Under the pieces are notes generated by a model. The model had not been told where the DNA came from. It saw only the letters and a program-made list of their open reading frames with translations, and made no database searches. Positions 1-12,899 of a stretch of DNA of 64,000 nucleotides are shown here, piece after piece. The DNA comes from Isurus oxyrinchus (lineage: Eukaryota), in the NCBI GenBank assembly GCA_026770705.1, contig JANJGN010000021.1, positions 98,084,001 through 98,148,000 on the forward strand, read 5' to 3'. The first letter of the stretch is position 1. Every line of letters starts with the position of its first letter. A program made the position numbers and the translations under genes.

Positions 1-1200
1 CATTTCGCGCATCGTGTAAATTGATTCTAAAATTCACCTGTCTGAGACACCAATTTCGGAAACTGTTCAGATGTTTGAAAATCGATAATTCTGACTCCAT
101 GCTAGCATTGACTATGCCGACATTATCATATTAAGTGACGTCTGAATTCCAACATGAACTCACATGCATTCTCGTCTCTATTTTCAGTGTGCCACAGGTA
201 TAGGTCCATCCTAATAATTGGTCTGTATGTAGGTCTATGTAAATTGAGAATTCTTCTTCAGCATTCATATTGAAACCAGACTCAAAACCATCATTATATT
301 TCCCACTTTGTTTCATCTCCCCATTTTTTCCCTTTGTTTTCGCTTTACCCCTCCTCGGCATTTCGTCCCCGTTACCATATTTCATTTTCATTCTTCCCTC
401 CCAGTAATGTACCACTCTATATCATTATCACAGCGAGTTAACTTCTCAATAATGCTTACACCCCTGCTGTGGTTCTATATTTGGCTTCCACTAAAGTGTG
501 CTTCTTATCCTTATGTTTCCTACATCCATCCCAGTCCAAGTACTTTTATTACATTCTAAGTACAACGTCCTCCTATATACCCTGAAAACTCTCACATATA
601 AATTCCCTAATCCATATTTGAGAACAACTTGTTGATTTCAGCCATCAAATTTAGCCTTCCTGAATACATTGCCTCAATCTCAGGCACAATTGCTCCAATC
701 TACTCAACACAAACTGTTTCCTTTTCCAAATCCGACGTCCTTATGAACGGCCCTGTGGAGTAAAAAAAAAAATCATCATTAGATTACAACTATACTTCGA
801 AAAGTTCCAGTGCTTAACCCTTGGCCACCCGTTCTCCACGACATTTCTGCTGCTACCTACCTGTATAACAACACTCCAACCTCCGTCCCCCATTGCGTCT
901 TTTCCGTTCAAACATTACGTTCTCTATCTCTGCACGAGCTCTCTGGAACTCCTCTATCTTTGCTTGCTAAATTCCAAAGTATGTAAACTTCGTTGAAAAT
1001 GGAGGGCAAATACTGTGGTCAGTCATCACCGTATTTGGGTATATCACATAAAGCACGATTGATATGTAAGTTCTATGTACGAAAACTCTTTATTAATCCA
1101 AGTTTCATATCTATCCTCTGAACTGTCCTCTTAAACCACTGTCCTGCGCAATCATCCAATTTCAGGCCCAGCCACAACGCCAAGCAGCATTGCATTCACA
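1..1200 (-). mobile_element. Possible very old non-LTR (RTE-like) reverse transcriptase remnant
   Basis: Mixed minus-strand frames give GFGKGNS (cf. GFRKGRS), RTTAGV (cf. F.T..GVRQG) and TYRPII (cf. TYIRPII) in the expected RT order. There are many stops and frameshifts, so support is weak. Confidence 0.25.
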
Positions 1201-1454
1201 ATGGCCGCGTACCTTTTACTTGAAGTGGGATCAGCAAGCAATAAGATAAACAGCTTTTGTTTCTGATAAATGTAGAAAATTAATGCTGCTGGTATAGTTG
1301 AATGAAGGTCATGCCTGCATTTAGAGAGCAGTTATGTGTTTTTTACTTGTTCACTGTTTATAGCAATAATGCGACTGAAGAGCTGAAGTGTATATTTAAA
1401 TATGGCAACTGAATCATTGGGAATTAATGAAATGTACATTGTTTTACTTCCCTC

Positions 1455-2328
1455 TGTCACGACTCAATGGAGAAAGTTCACTGTAATATCAAGCCCCGTT
1501 CTCCACTGAGCCAACACAAATGTAAGAAATTTGAGCCATCCACCAGATTGCCCAATTCTACCTTATTCTTTAATTTAGTTTAACAGAATATGAACACCTG
1601 GTTTGTAACCTTAATAAGTAAATGACTGTTGGTTCAACAAACTTCCGTTAACCAGTGGAAAAAAGGAAGAAACATGAACTGCTAACTTCTGAATCTACAG
1701 TTTAAAATCTAACCCTTCTCTAAATCCCTACAAGGCACAAAGGGCAAAGAGATGGGTTTTAAGGGTGGGTCAAAACAGTTCAGTAACACCAATTCCGGAG
1801 AACAGGATTCGATAGGTTGATTTGGATTGATGTCTTCCGAATCCTTTACAGTTCTTGTAGATTACACGAGGTGATCTTACACCACATTTAATATTTAGTT
1901 CACTGGATGAGCACTTATCTTACATTGTCTCTAATAATGATTTTCTCCTTTGCCTCTTGAGAGGGATTTATTAGAGAGAAATCAGGCTATAGAGGTATGA
2001 GGAGAAAGAAACAGTTAGTTATTATTGTGGAATTACTGGAATCTTCTACACACAATCCTGTTGCTAATAGGCTATGAGGTACTCTGCTGCAATGTCCTCA
2101 TGCAACATCTACACACCCTTGGTCCTGGACTGCTTTACAGCACCATCCTGTCTGTCATGGCACATTCTGTTCCAGGACTGCAACATTGTCTACATCCCTT
2201 CTCCTATTCCAGGGGACATATCTGTCAAACTTCAGTCATTGTAATCATAATCCACAGTCGAACAGTAAAGGAAAAGAAGATAAGTTCTTTACAACCGTCC
2301 ACCAGAATTAAAAGGGATGTTCCTTACA
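1455..2328 (-). repeat. 3' LTR of the Gmr1-like element
   Basis: Starts with TG at 1455 and is colinear with 7201-7840 (ggaattactggaatctt at ~2030 and ~7778, the same offset). The right boundary (..ccttaca 2328) is inferred from a degenerate polypurine tract and is uncertain. Confidence 0.7.
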
Positions 2329-2509
2329 TGCATGCACCCGTAAAAGAGATGAAACACCATTTCAAAATGGGTACCATTGCAAGACATGTTACACATGGAC
2401 AACAAAACACGAGACTTACTATCATTCCTCCTTCCTCCCAGTTATACAATCTTATGCAATCTTCAGAATTTCTTACTCCTTTAACTTTTTTTTTTAGCAT
2501 TTTGCGCCT

Positions 2510-3872
2510 GGGATGATGAATCTGTGGTCACATTATCTTTACTGACAACATGAACAAAATTCACATCGGAGCTTCAAAAGAATAGATACCATCTAAGCAT
2601 TCCCGCGTTTTGAGGTTTAAACATTTCACTGATCGTCAGTGGGTTATGCTCAGTGTAGATTTGTGTTTCTTCCTTATCATGTCAGACATAAACATCCAAG
2701 TGTTCAAGAGATAACAATAAAGCTAGAGTTTATTTCTTCTATTGTAGAATAACTCCTCTGGTATTGAGCCTGTTTCTTGGAAAAGTACCCCAAGCGCTTC
2801 TCTATCCCTAATTGATCATATTATAATAGGACACCGCTAACCCCCAAGTCACTAGAATCAATTGTCATTTTAAAAGGTTTGGTAAAGTCTGGGGTGGCAA
2901 ACACTGGTTCATTATTGAAGATTGCCTCCAGCTTTGCAATGGCTGCTTGGCATTCTGCTGGCAATGCCACTTTTGCCTATTTTCTTAACAAATTGTTGAT
3001 AGTGCAGTTATGGTGCTGAAGTTAGACACAAACAAACTTAAGTTTCCACACGTTGCCAAACATGTCAGGATTTCTCCTTTAGTTTTAGGAATGTGAAATT
3101 TTATAACTTTTACTGTTTTTGGCACTTGCCCTTGCCCTATGATGTGACTTAGTAAGTTACCCCTGCTTTTGCAAATTCGGTTTTGGCCAGAATTACGACT
3201 AAATCAGCCAACTACAATTGATTAAACAAGCCACCTAATTGCTTTACATGTTCTTCCCATGTGTTGCTATATATTACGAGGTTACCTAAATAAACTATGT
3301 AGTTAGGTACTTCAGCTACGACTTGAATGATATTTCTATGAATTGTAGCTGGGGCGTTTTCAAACCCAAACAGCATAACTACACATTGACACAACCCTCT
3401 TGGTGTTAAAAAGGCGGATATTTATTTAGCCCTTCAGGTCAATAGCACTTATCAGTCCCTCTTCAATAGATCAATTTTAGAAAAAATGAGGCACGGCCAA
3501 CCATATCGATGCAATCTCTAACCGAGGAATTGGGTATGATTCCGTCCACGGTACTACATTCACTTTCTGCTAGTCTGTACAAACTCTAGTGGGTCCATCC
3601 GGCTTAGGAACAAGCAATACCACTGAACTCCAGCCACTTTGGCTAGAATCAATCAATTGATGGCCCAGCTTATACTGGAACTTCGTTTCTAACTGAGGTT
3701 GTTCTTCTTCTGGGATCAACTGATAATGCTGCTTTATCGGCACTGAGTCTCCTAGGTCCACATCATGTTTCGCTAACGTAGTACATCCAGGTGAATTCCT
3801 CCAAATTCCCTTATAATTCATAAGTAACGTTATTAAGTTTTCCCTTAGCCCTTCCGCTAAATATGAGGTCAC
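2510..3872 (-). pseudogene. Gypsy RT-RNase H pseudo-domain
   Basis: ORF-track pieces 3570-3872 and 3212-3394 plus RNase H motif IYTEHNPL...RWYL...HVVSKDNV at ~2510-2660. Multiple stops and frameshifts. Confidence 0.85.
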
Positions 3873-3989
3873 AGTATCTAACTATCCCAGTATTATCGTG
3901 TTGTCTAGTTGAATTGTAGCAGGTTTGATTTGGTACTGTTTACTTCTTTTTCTGCCTTGCCCTTATTTTATCTATCATGCTCCACTACT

Positions 3990-5170
3990 CCGACCACCTG
4001 GCATGCTTGCTCTGTCATATCATCTTCTCTGCGATGATATTACTTCAACATGTTTATGTGATGTAATGTTTTGTTATTCCTATGCTCAGGGGAATCTATC
4101 AGGTAAGCCACTATACTAACTCTCCTAACTATCCTAAAGAGGCCACCGAGTTTTGCGGTTCAGGCGTTTACCTTGCAAAGGTATTGGTACCATCTCCTGT
4201 TGTGAACGTTCTGGCTGAAGTATGTTTGCCTGTCCGTTCTTTCATTTTGGCTTCGGAATTTCTTAAGCGCTCTCATGCTACTTTATATGCACCTGTGAAC
4301 CTTTCGAGAAACTTGGGCAGGTAATCCAACATGTATGTTTCGTCTTTCTGCTTTAGAAATTTTTTCTTAATTACTTCCAATTGACCTCTTATTTCATGAC
4401 CACTGATCAATTCTAATGGATTAGTTCCAGTAGATGCGTTCGAAGAATTTCTGGTAGCAAATAGGAAGAAATGCAATCCCTTGTTCCAATCTTTTCAGCA
4501 ACCATGGCAATGAGCCTTTATCGTGGTTTTGTGATTCTGATGTTATCTCTTTAAAGCTCCCTGTGTCTGTGGGCAATAGGCAGTAGGCTTTCGTTGCTTG
4601 ATAGCCAAATTGCTGATTATGCCTTGGAAAATGTTAGATAAGAAGTCAGGACCTTGGTTAGATTGCATTGCAATTGGTAGGGCATTACGATTGAAAAACT
4701 GAGTTAACTTTTCCACTACCATCTTATCTCTAAATTTCCGTAAATGAATATCTTATGAAATCAGGCTGCCATCCTCATAACTTTAAGGATATGCTAATGT
4801 CCTGCTTTCCTTTTGGGTTATGGGCCAACACAATCTGCTGATACCTGACCTGCCGACTGAATGCTTCTTCACAAGCTGGTATGGGCATTAAAGGTGTGAG
4901 GTTGATCACAAGTTGATTTTTCCTAGTAGCTGACATGTATGACACATTTTACAAAAGTGCACCACGTCTTTATAAAATCTTGGCTAGGTGACATGCCTGC
5001 TTATTGATGCTTGTGTTTTTCATATTCCTACGTGTCTTCCCATAGTGATTCCATGTGCTACTCGCAATCTGTACTTATGATGTTTGGGTGGTACCACTAT
5101 CTGCTGAACAAATGCCCTTTCCCCAATCGCAGACGTATCAAAGTGTCCTCATTCCTCATCAGAACTACCT
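3990..5170 (-). pseudogene. Gypsy integrase pseudo-domain
   Basis: HHCC remnant (AHGITMGRHVG...CKMCHTCQ), LPIAMQSNQG, AYCPQTQGALKR and FLFATRNSSNASTGTNPLELISGHEIRG. Confidence 0.85.
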
Positions 5171-5899
5171 TTTTAATGTAATGGCATTCCAGAAATCATT
5201 CAACCTCAGCTTCACTGTGGCTGACTGCTAAAACGTTTAACACTGAATTTGCTTTCTGAGGATCAATCAATGAAGGCCTGCCAAACACTTCATTTGAATT
5301 ACTCTCTTCCTTAAGTAAGCTTTCCACTACTCTAACATCTGCTCGTAGCATTACTTTCATCGCTGGTGATGGATTTGTTCAGCCACTGCTAGATTCGCTA
5401 CGCATGAGAACTTGTTCTTATAACTGCTCAATCTTTAGCCTCTCTCAGCCTTTCCGTTCTTATGGGTGGAGCTATAAAACTTCACGCCTGACAAAGCTAC
5501 CCAAAGTGTAAATCTACTTCAGCCACGTGTAATGTCTTAGCAACTCTTACAACAACTCAGACAACAAATCATATTCCAATTGCCCTTGGTACAATGGAAC
5601 CGGGATATGCTTTCCACTTGTCCAGTTTAATAATACTTTAGATTTCCTTGAACACTCTTGAGGAAAACTAAGTGATTCTCCCACAAAAGGGTTTTGAGTA
5701 GCCTCCGTTATGGGCTTAACTATATCATTTTATGAAACAGGGTTTATCTTTCCTTTAACAACAACCCATTATATCTCTCATTTTCTTTATTCACTTCACC
5801 TGCAGTGACAGCAGCGGTTACTTCCAGTCCCTTATTGTTGCTGATGGTATAATTTAACTCATGGCATTTTCTTTTTCAATCCCATATTCGCACACACTC

Positions 5900-7140
5900 T
5901 TACGAACTCCAGTAAGCCCTATGGGCTTTCCTCGCAACTTACAGCATTCGGTATGGATGTGTTCCACTTTACTACAATGTAAAAACTTAGGCCTTCGAGT
6001 TTCGCCTCCACGCTCAATATCTTCCCTCCTGATCTGGGGTGGAAATCACGAGGTATTCACATCTATCAATTTCTTTGCCGGCTACTTATCTTCCTTTCAC
6101 TCTCGCACTTCCTGTATTTTTCACATTTCTGGGGGTGATGAAAAAACGGCTTATTTTTTATGGATCAGCTCATAATCGTTAGCTATTACTGCTGCCTGTC
6201 TAGCTGCTGCAACGCTTTGCTCTTCAACATGCGTTCTTAATAAAGATGGTAGAGGGTTTTGAATTTATTTTAGAAGAATGTTCCCTCCGAGAACTTCATA
6301 GGTAGTTTCAAATCCTAAGGCTGGTGTCCGCCTGTCAAAATTATGTTGCTTAATCCTTTCAAATTCACTGTAACTTAGCCCAGGCTGCTTCCTTAATTTC
6401 AAAACATTTGCCTGTATGCTTCAGGGAACAACTCATATTCACTCGTAATGACTTTTTTCATAACGTCACAATCCCTACACACCTTTTCTTACAGTCAAGC
6501 GTATATTTCCCGTGCTCTACCTGTTAATTTGCTCTACATGGGCAATGTGCAGTATCCCTTTGACCTGTTCATCTGTTTAGTTATCTTCGCCAAAAAAAAA
6601 AGAATACATCAACATTGAGATTGTACGAATTTAAGCAACTCCCCATTGGTTAATGACCTGGAAACAAATCCTGCCTCACGTATTTTTTTTTTTACTGTCA
6701 GCATTTTAAGCAGGATTTCTCTATTTTTCTCTTTCCTCCGTTTATAATTTCGCCATATCCAATTCCCTCTGAAATGTCATTTCTCTTTCCTTTCTTGCCT
6801 GTTCCCATTGGACCGTTCTTCCCGCGTGTTCCATTTGAAAAGTCATTTCTTTTTTATTCCATTCCAATGAACCACCCCTTGTAAAAATCAGACTCTCGTG
6901 CATGCTTTCCAGTTTTAAATGATGTGCCATATCATCAATTATATTTGCTTTCCTAGCTTTTGCAGGCAATCCTACTGTTAATGTGTTGCCAATTCGATTA
7001 AACTGGCTATTGGGATCCCTTGTAGTTGCGTCAGGGACACCTCCTCCACTTGCAGGAAAGCTGTAGCAGTTTCTAGTACCACCTGAGTTTTGACAGTACA
7101 AAACTTGTGTTTCCTTTCGCTTTTATTGCTTACTAAATCT
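5900..7140 (-). pseudogene. Gypsy gag pseudo-ORF with SCAN-like capsid segment and zinc knuckle
   Basis: YELVPEAYRQ at ~6410-6445, HVEEQ...QAVIANDYEL at ~6165-6230, CKVEHIHTEC knuckle at ~5945-5980, and an E/R-rich coil in ORF 6742-7101. Confidence 0.75.
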
Positions 7141-7175
7141 ACACTCAAAATGTTCCTTGTGTTTTGATCCAAAAT

Positions 7176-7195
7176 ATCCCGGTCCAGAGCCCAAA
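7176..7195 (-). other. Primer-binding site resembling the tRNA-Pro PBS
   Basis: Minus strand reads tttgggctctggaccgggat 5 nt after the LTR terminal CA. The canonical Pro PBS is tgggggctcgtccgggat. Confidence 0.6.
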
Positions 7196-7200
7196 TAGTT

Positions 7201-7840
7201 TGTCGCGGCTCAGTGTGGATAGTATAGTGTAATATGGAGCCCCGCTGTTCTCCGAGCCACGACAAGTGTGAAATGTTTGAGGAAACCACCACATTGCCCC
7301 AATTCTACAAAAGGTTTTTATGAAAACGAACACAAGATTCGCAAATTCAATAAGTGAATAACGGTTTATTGAACAAACTGTTGTTAACCAGTGGCAAAAT
7401 AAATAAATATGAACTGCTAATTTTAAACTCCGTAACTTAAACTCTACCACTTCTTAAACCTCTAAACAAACATATATAAGACGCATAAAATGCATAAATA
7501 CATGGATTTTAACTGTGGGTTAAAATAGTTCAATAGCACAAATTCCGGAGTGCAGGATTCGATGGGTGGAATTTGATCGATCTCTTCCAAATTTCTTTTG
7601 ATTCTTGTTGACTACACGAGTTGGTCTTCCAGCATATTCAGTATTTCTTTCACTGGTGAGCTCCTGCCTTTCAATGTCTCGAACAGTGATTTTCCCCTTT
7701 GTCACCTGACAGGCGTTTTCAGAGAGGTAGCAGGTTATAAAGTTATGAGGAGAAAAGGCCAGATAACTATTATCGAGGAATTACTGGAATCTTCCGTACA
7801 CAGGAGAAAGAGATTTTAGGTTGCGAACAAGCTTTGGAGG
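7201..7840 (-). repeat. Truncated 5' LTR of the Gmr1-like element
   Basis: Homologous to 1455-~2080. Homology stops where Harbinger-derived sequence begins. Confidence 0.75.
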
Positions 7841-7879
7841 TGTCAGTGGGATAACACAGCTTGCTGCACGCCAAGGAAT

Positions 7880-8640
7880 TCAGTTAGTGAATGCTGCAAT
7901 AATCCGAAGGGAGTGTAATTAAAGCTACTTCGTGTACGATATCCAATGTCAATGGAGAAAGTCCGAGGATTTGCAACGATTATATGTTTGCCCAGGGTGC
8001 ACGGAGGAATAATCTACACGCACGTAATCATTAAGGATCCTGCCGGACAGCCATGCAACTTCCCAAATATAAACATGCCCCAAATCAACCACATGCCGTT
8101 GGTAAGCGATAAAAATCTGCGGGTCAGGCACGTGAGTGCCAGTTACCCGGCCAGCAGTAACGACACAATTATGCTTATGAACTCATGCCTTCACAACTTT
8201 TCACCGGTCCAGATTTCGTAGAGGGCTGGCTTTTGTTGGTAACGGCCATGCACTGAAAAGCTGGCAAATGTCGCCTGTGAGAATGCCCAAACATGATGCA
8301 GTGAGGAGGTACAATGAAAACCATGACTCCACAAGAGCCATAGTTGAGTAGAACATTGGTCCCCTGAAGATGTGAATCCGGAACCCAGAAACACTAGGTG
8401 ACGAATTGCAGTGTTCCCTGTCACGTGTTTCCCTGATGGTCGTTATTCATTGTTCACTCCACAACATCACCATCCAAAGACATGATTTCTTTCAGGATGA
8501 TGACATGCCAGATTTTGGCCAATCCTCCGACAAAAGTGGCGATGATGAGTTGATGGGCCATGGTGGTGCTCCTGCTGATGGCCCTGACCGTGATCGTGTG
8601 GATGGGCTTCACAGCAGGGATGCTTCTATAGTACGCCTGG
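7880..8640 (+). mobile_element. Harbinger/PIF DDE transposase (HARBI1-like) remnant
   Basis: PRVHGGIIYTHVIIKDPAG (cf. FPRVQGAIDCTHVAIKAP), HVSASYPASSNDT (cf. CARYPGSSHDA), EGWLL and RVSLMVVIHCSLHNI (cf. CCALHN). Catalytic residues are degenerate. Confidence 0.85.
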
Positions 8641-9561
8641 CTACTGCTACGGAAAGGGGTTCAGTGAACTGCCTGCCCTCACATTCCCATACTCTGGATG
8701 AGCTGGTCACATCTGTCTTATGAAGCATGCAGGACGGCACCAGAAGAGGCTTCATTGTACCTGGGGACAGTCCCGTCCACACCCGCCCCCTTCTAGTCGC
8801 CTCTCCCCTCGCTCAGATGACACAGACACCTATGCATGGAAAGATGTAACAACTGCAAATACTGAAGGCCAAAATGTGGGAGTTTCGCTGATTGCTCAAA
8901 ATTATGGAGAAGTGAAGATTGACGTTGTTGGCAGAGATTGGCTGAAATTTAAATTGGCTTACATGGAGAAACGGGAAAATGCAAACAGCTTCACGTGTAA
9001 ATGCACGCAATGCATCATCTAATGGATTATCTGACACACCCGTGCGAAGGAGGCCTTTAAATCGGTGACTGCTACTATGTTCCAGGGCAGCTCCTCTAGA
9101 CACAGAGACTGGTCATTCTGCCCTCGAACACTCATTGATCGGTATCAGGGCCTGTAATCCACCGTAGCCGTAAATTCGCAACAATTGTCCTGTAACCCGG
9201 CGCGCCGCGATGGCGGTCCTGCAATTCTGAAGGTTACTAAATTCTGGGTGCGGAAGCCATCATGCGGGCTACCGTATTATTCAGACCCACATAATTGCAT
9301 ATTAGCAAATCATTGCTTCAGTTGCATGATCATATTCGTCTGTTCCTCTACTTCTACAACCTGCATTAAATTATATAAATTGCCGGCTTTGTGGACCGAG
9401 ATCGAGCTGCGTTCATAGGGTGAATTTCATTCTTCCTCGCTGGTATTTTCTTTTGTAGACTGTGTGCGGGTTGGGGGGAAATTATATAGAAAGAATGTGA
9501 TTCCCTCCAGGTTTCCGGCCACCCCGATCTCGCAGATATCTTGTTTTACTGAGGCGTGAAA

Positions 9562-11237
9562 AGGCCCCAGCTATGCCTCTCTCTTTATGGGGTATGTGGA
9601 ACATTCCTTGTTCCAGTCCTACTCCGGCCCCCTTCCACAACTCTTTCTCCGGTACATCGATGATTACTTCGGTGCTGCTTCGTGCTCTCGTCGGGACTTG
9701 GAAAAATGTATTAATTTTGCTTCCAATCTCCACCCCTCCATCACTTTCATGTCGTCCATCTCTGACACTTCCCTTCCCTTCCTTGACCTCGCTGTCTCAA
9801 TCGCTGGTGATAGACTGTCCACCAATATCCATTACAAGCTTACCGACTCCTGCAGCTACCTCGACTACAGCTCCTCACACCCCGCTTCCTGTAAGGACTC
9901 CATCCCATTCTCTCAGTTCCTTCGCCTCCATCGCACCTGTTCTGTGATGCTACCTTCAAAAACAATTCCTCTGACATGTCCTCCTTCTTCCTTAACCGAG
10001 GTTTTCCACCCACGGTCATTGACAGGGCCCTCAACCGTGTCAGTCCATCTCCCGTGCATCCACCCTCACACCTTCTCCTCCCTCCCAGAAACATGAGAGG
10101 GTCCCCCTTGTCCTCACTTATCACCCCACCAGCCTCCGCTATCAAAGGATCATCCTCCGCCTCTTCCGCCAACTCCAGCATGATGCCACTACCAAACACA
10201 TCTTCCCTTCACACCCACTATCGGCATTCCATAGGGATCGTTCCCTCCGGGACACCCTGATCCACTCCTCCATCACCCCCTACTCCTCAACCCCCACCTC
10301 TGGCACCACCCCATTCCCATGCAAAAGATGTAACACCTGCCCCTTCACTTCCTCTCTCCTCACCATCCAAGGGCCCAAACACTCCTTTCAAGTGAAGCAG
10401 CAGTTCACTTGCATTTCCCCCAACTTAGTGCACTGCCTTCGTTGCTCCCAGTGCGGTTTCCTCTACATTGGAGAGACCAAACGTAAACTGGGCGACCACT
10501 TTGCAGAACACCTGTGATCTGTCCGCAAGAATGACCCAAACCTCTCTGTCACTTGCCATTTCAACACTCCAACCTGCTCACTTGTCCACATGTCTGTCCT
10601 TGGCTTGCTGCATTGTTCCAGTGAAGCCCAACGCAAACTGGAGGAACAACACCTCATCTCCCGACTAGGCACTTTACAGCCTTCTGGACTGAATATTGAA
10701 TTCAACAACTTTAGATAGGTCTTGACCTCCCTCCTCCATCCCCACCCCTTTCTGTTTCTTCCCCCTTCCTTTTGTTTTTTTCCAATAAATTTCCCACCTA
10801 TTTCCATTATTTTAAAATATTTTGAAATATTTTATGCTCCCCCACCCCCACTAGAGCTATAGCTTGAGTGCCCTACCATCCATTCTTAATTAGCACATTC
10901 GTTTAGATAATATCACCAACTTCGACACCTATGTGTTCTTTTGTTCTGCTGTCTGTGACATCTTTTGATGATCTGCTTCTATCACTGCTTTTGCCTACAA
11001 CCACACCACACCCTCCACTTCTCTCCCACCACCCAACACCCCCTCCCCAACCCCACCACCTTAAACCAGCTTATATTTCACCCCTTCCTGGGATTCACCT
11101 AGTTCTGTCAAAGGGTCATGAGGACTCGAAACGTGAACTCTTTTCTGCTGCACCGATGCTGCCAGACCTGCTGAGTTTTTCCAGGTAATTCTGTTTTTGT
11201 TTTGGATTTCCAACATCCGCAGTTTTTTGTTTTTATC
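9562..11237 (+). mobile_element. 5'-truncated Penelope-like element (RT, GIY-YIG endonuclease, 3' pseudo-LTR)
   Basis: GPSYASLFMGYVE, FLRYIDDYF, LPFLDL, YLDYSSSHP, SIPFSQFLRL and GIY-YIG CSQCGFLYIGETKRKLGDHFAEHL. Two 1-nt frameshifts (~9946, ~10045) and an in-frame TGA at ~10515. The 3' tail ends ...gtttttatc at 11237. Confidence 0.92.
11101..11139 (+). ncRNA. Degenerate minimal hammerhead-ribozyme motif in the Penelope pseudo-LTR
   Basis: agtt-ctgtcaaa-gggtc-atgag-gactc-gaaac-gtg-aact. Stems I and II pair, but a core G and the GUC cleavage triplet are mutated. Confidence 0.55.
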
Positions 11238-11239
11238 AC

Positions 11240-12310
11240 TGTAGCAACACCGTTCACCAGTCTGCGCTTCAGCCAGTTCTTCTTCTGAGCCAAGGGCTGT
11301 GTGCCAACATTTAATTGAGCTGCTTCTATCATTAACTGACCCATTACGACCATGTACAGTTCTTGGGTAAGAGTTGAGCGCCATCCGGGCAGGGTTGTGT
11401 CTGAAATATTTAGGATCACGGGTAACAGCTCACTGTGTAATTGATCATAATCTCTCTTATATTAATCAATGAGCAAGAGTCCATTTTCCGTTTCTGGGCT
11501 TAATGTCGGCCAAGGCAGCTCAGGTGGCATAGTTGTCGTTAAAGGTGGAGAAGTAGTTTAAAGATCTTTTCATTGAGGTATACTCCCCAAGTCCACCTAT
11601 TTTCGACTGTTACCCACGTTCGTCCATTAATTTTATTCAGACAACAAGTGTTCCAGCGCTGACTATTTTCAGGCTGGCCGGAGGGCTTAGCCGTGGGGGA
11701 CGGTCGAAAAAAGTTCTGTCAGTCAGTCAGTCAGGTTATCCAGCTGTTCTCTAAGGCAGGACTTCCTCCCCATGAGAAGAACAAGTCCCTCCTGCAAAGA
11801 ATTGATGCTCATTCGAGCGTGAAATGGCTTTGGGGCAGGCATAGTCGGCAGCGGGTGGGCGGAGTGGAATACCAGCGCCATAAATGTGTTGGCCCGCAGA
11901 TATAAATTGCATTGACATAACAGCATAAAGATAAGGAATTCACTGAAGCATCAACGGTCCGTTGAAGGAGCGGAAGGGAACGAGGTGGTCCCTGAGAGGA
12001 ACTCGATGTTAGAAATTTGAGTGTGTATCCAAATCGGAATACCCATTGGAAGAATTACGTGAATACTTCCTTATGAAATTGTAATTAGCAAGAAAGTTGA
12101 AAGCCGACGACCAGTGACTCCAACGCCAGAATTTGGAACATGACTCGTTTGTGCCTGGGAATGTTGCCCCATCCTGAAAATGCGTTGCTCTAGAATTATT
12201 ATGCACTCCACTAGTGTGCATCAATTATTGAAACACATTTCTGTTGATGGGTGTTATATCTATGATAAAACCTTTTAATCGCAACCAGCTGATCAACCGT
12301 GCAGAGGGCT
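11240..12310 (-). mobile_element. Possible ancient hAT transposase remnant
   Basis: QLVAIK, HWSSAFNFL (cf. TRWSS.F) and ELAEAQTGERCCYS (cf. dimerization S..ER.FS) in the expected order. Weak. Confidence 0.3.
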
Positions 12311-12899
12311 AGACGGCCAGATGGCAGCCACAGAGGCGAGCTTTGTTTATGAAAGTTGTTATTTAAATAGTGCTATATGAATGCTATTTCCCGAAACATT
12401 CCGAAATTCCGAAACGCCTTCAGAATGTTCTTTTCTCCAAGTGGCCGGCGATTTCAGGCATTACAAATCATCTCAATTCCCTGGATTATATTGGATCGAA
12501 TAATCTCCGCATGATTGCTATAATCCATATTGGAGAACCTTCTATCAATAATTTACATTGAAATATTCCATTGAGATTTCTGTGGTACTGGAACGAAATG
12601 AAAATTTTAGTTTTTGCATATGCGTCATTTCAAAACGAATGGAAAAAGATGACCCAAATTAAATCCGAGCGATAATAATTAGCCATGTTTGTGACGATAA
12701 TAACACTAAATCAATCAATCTGCTTGTGCTTCATAATAGAGGCTATTGTGGTTTCTTTGCTGGTTGATTGTCTGGCTTAAACAATAAATGAAGCAGGGCT
12801 AATGGCATTTCTTGAAACGAATAGCTTAGTTGCAAATCTATTTCCTCTGGCCAGACAGCCTGTATTGATTGGGGACTTATGTATTTGAAGCAACCAGTA

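Larger units (their letters stand above)
1455..7840 (-). mobile_element. Degenerate Gmr1-clade Ty3/Gypsy LTR retrotransposon (gag-PR-IN-RT-RH order)
   Basis: Two colinear LTR-like copies start at 1455 (tgtcacgactca) and 7201 (tgtcgcggctca). Minus-strand translation gives, in order: gag YELVPEAYRQ, a zinc knuckle, integrase (H..H/CxxC, QSNQGPDF, AYCPQTQGALKR), RT (PKPDG..RVCTD, FGFENAPAT, VYLGNLVIYS) and RNase H (YTEHNPL, KDNV). Integrase lies upstream of RT. Confidence 0.9.

Noticed and set aside
2541-2547. tgaca as the right end of the first LTR (inverted match to tgtca at 1455)
   Set aside because: It lies inside the RNase H coding remnant (HVVSKDNV), so it cannot be the LTR boundary.
9482-10807. 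Overlapping antisense and alternative-frame ORFs over the Penelope element
   Set aside because: These are shadow ORFs of a C-rich retroelement coding strand.
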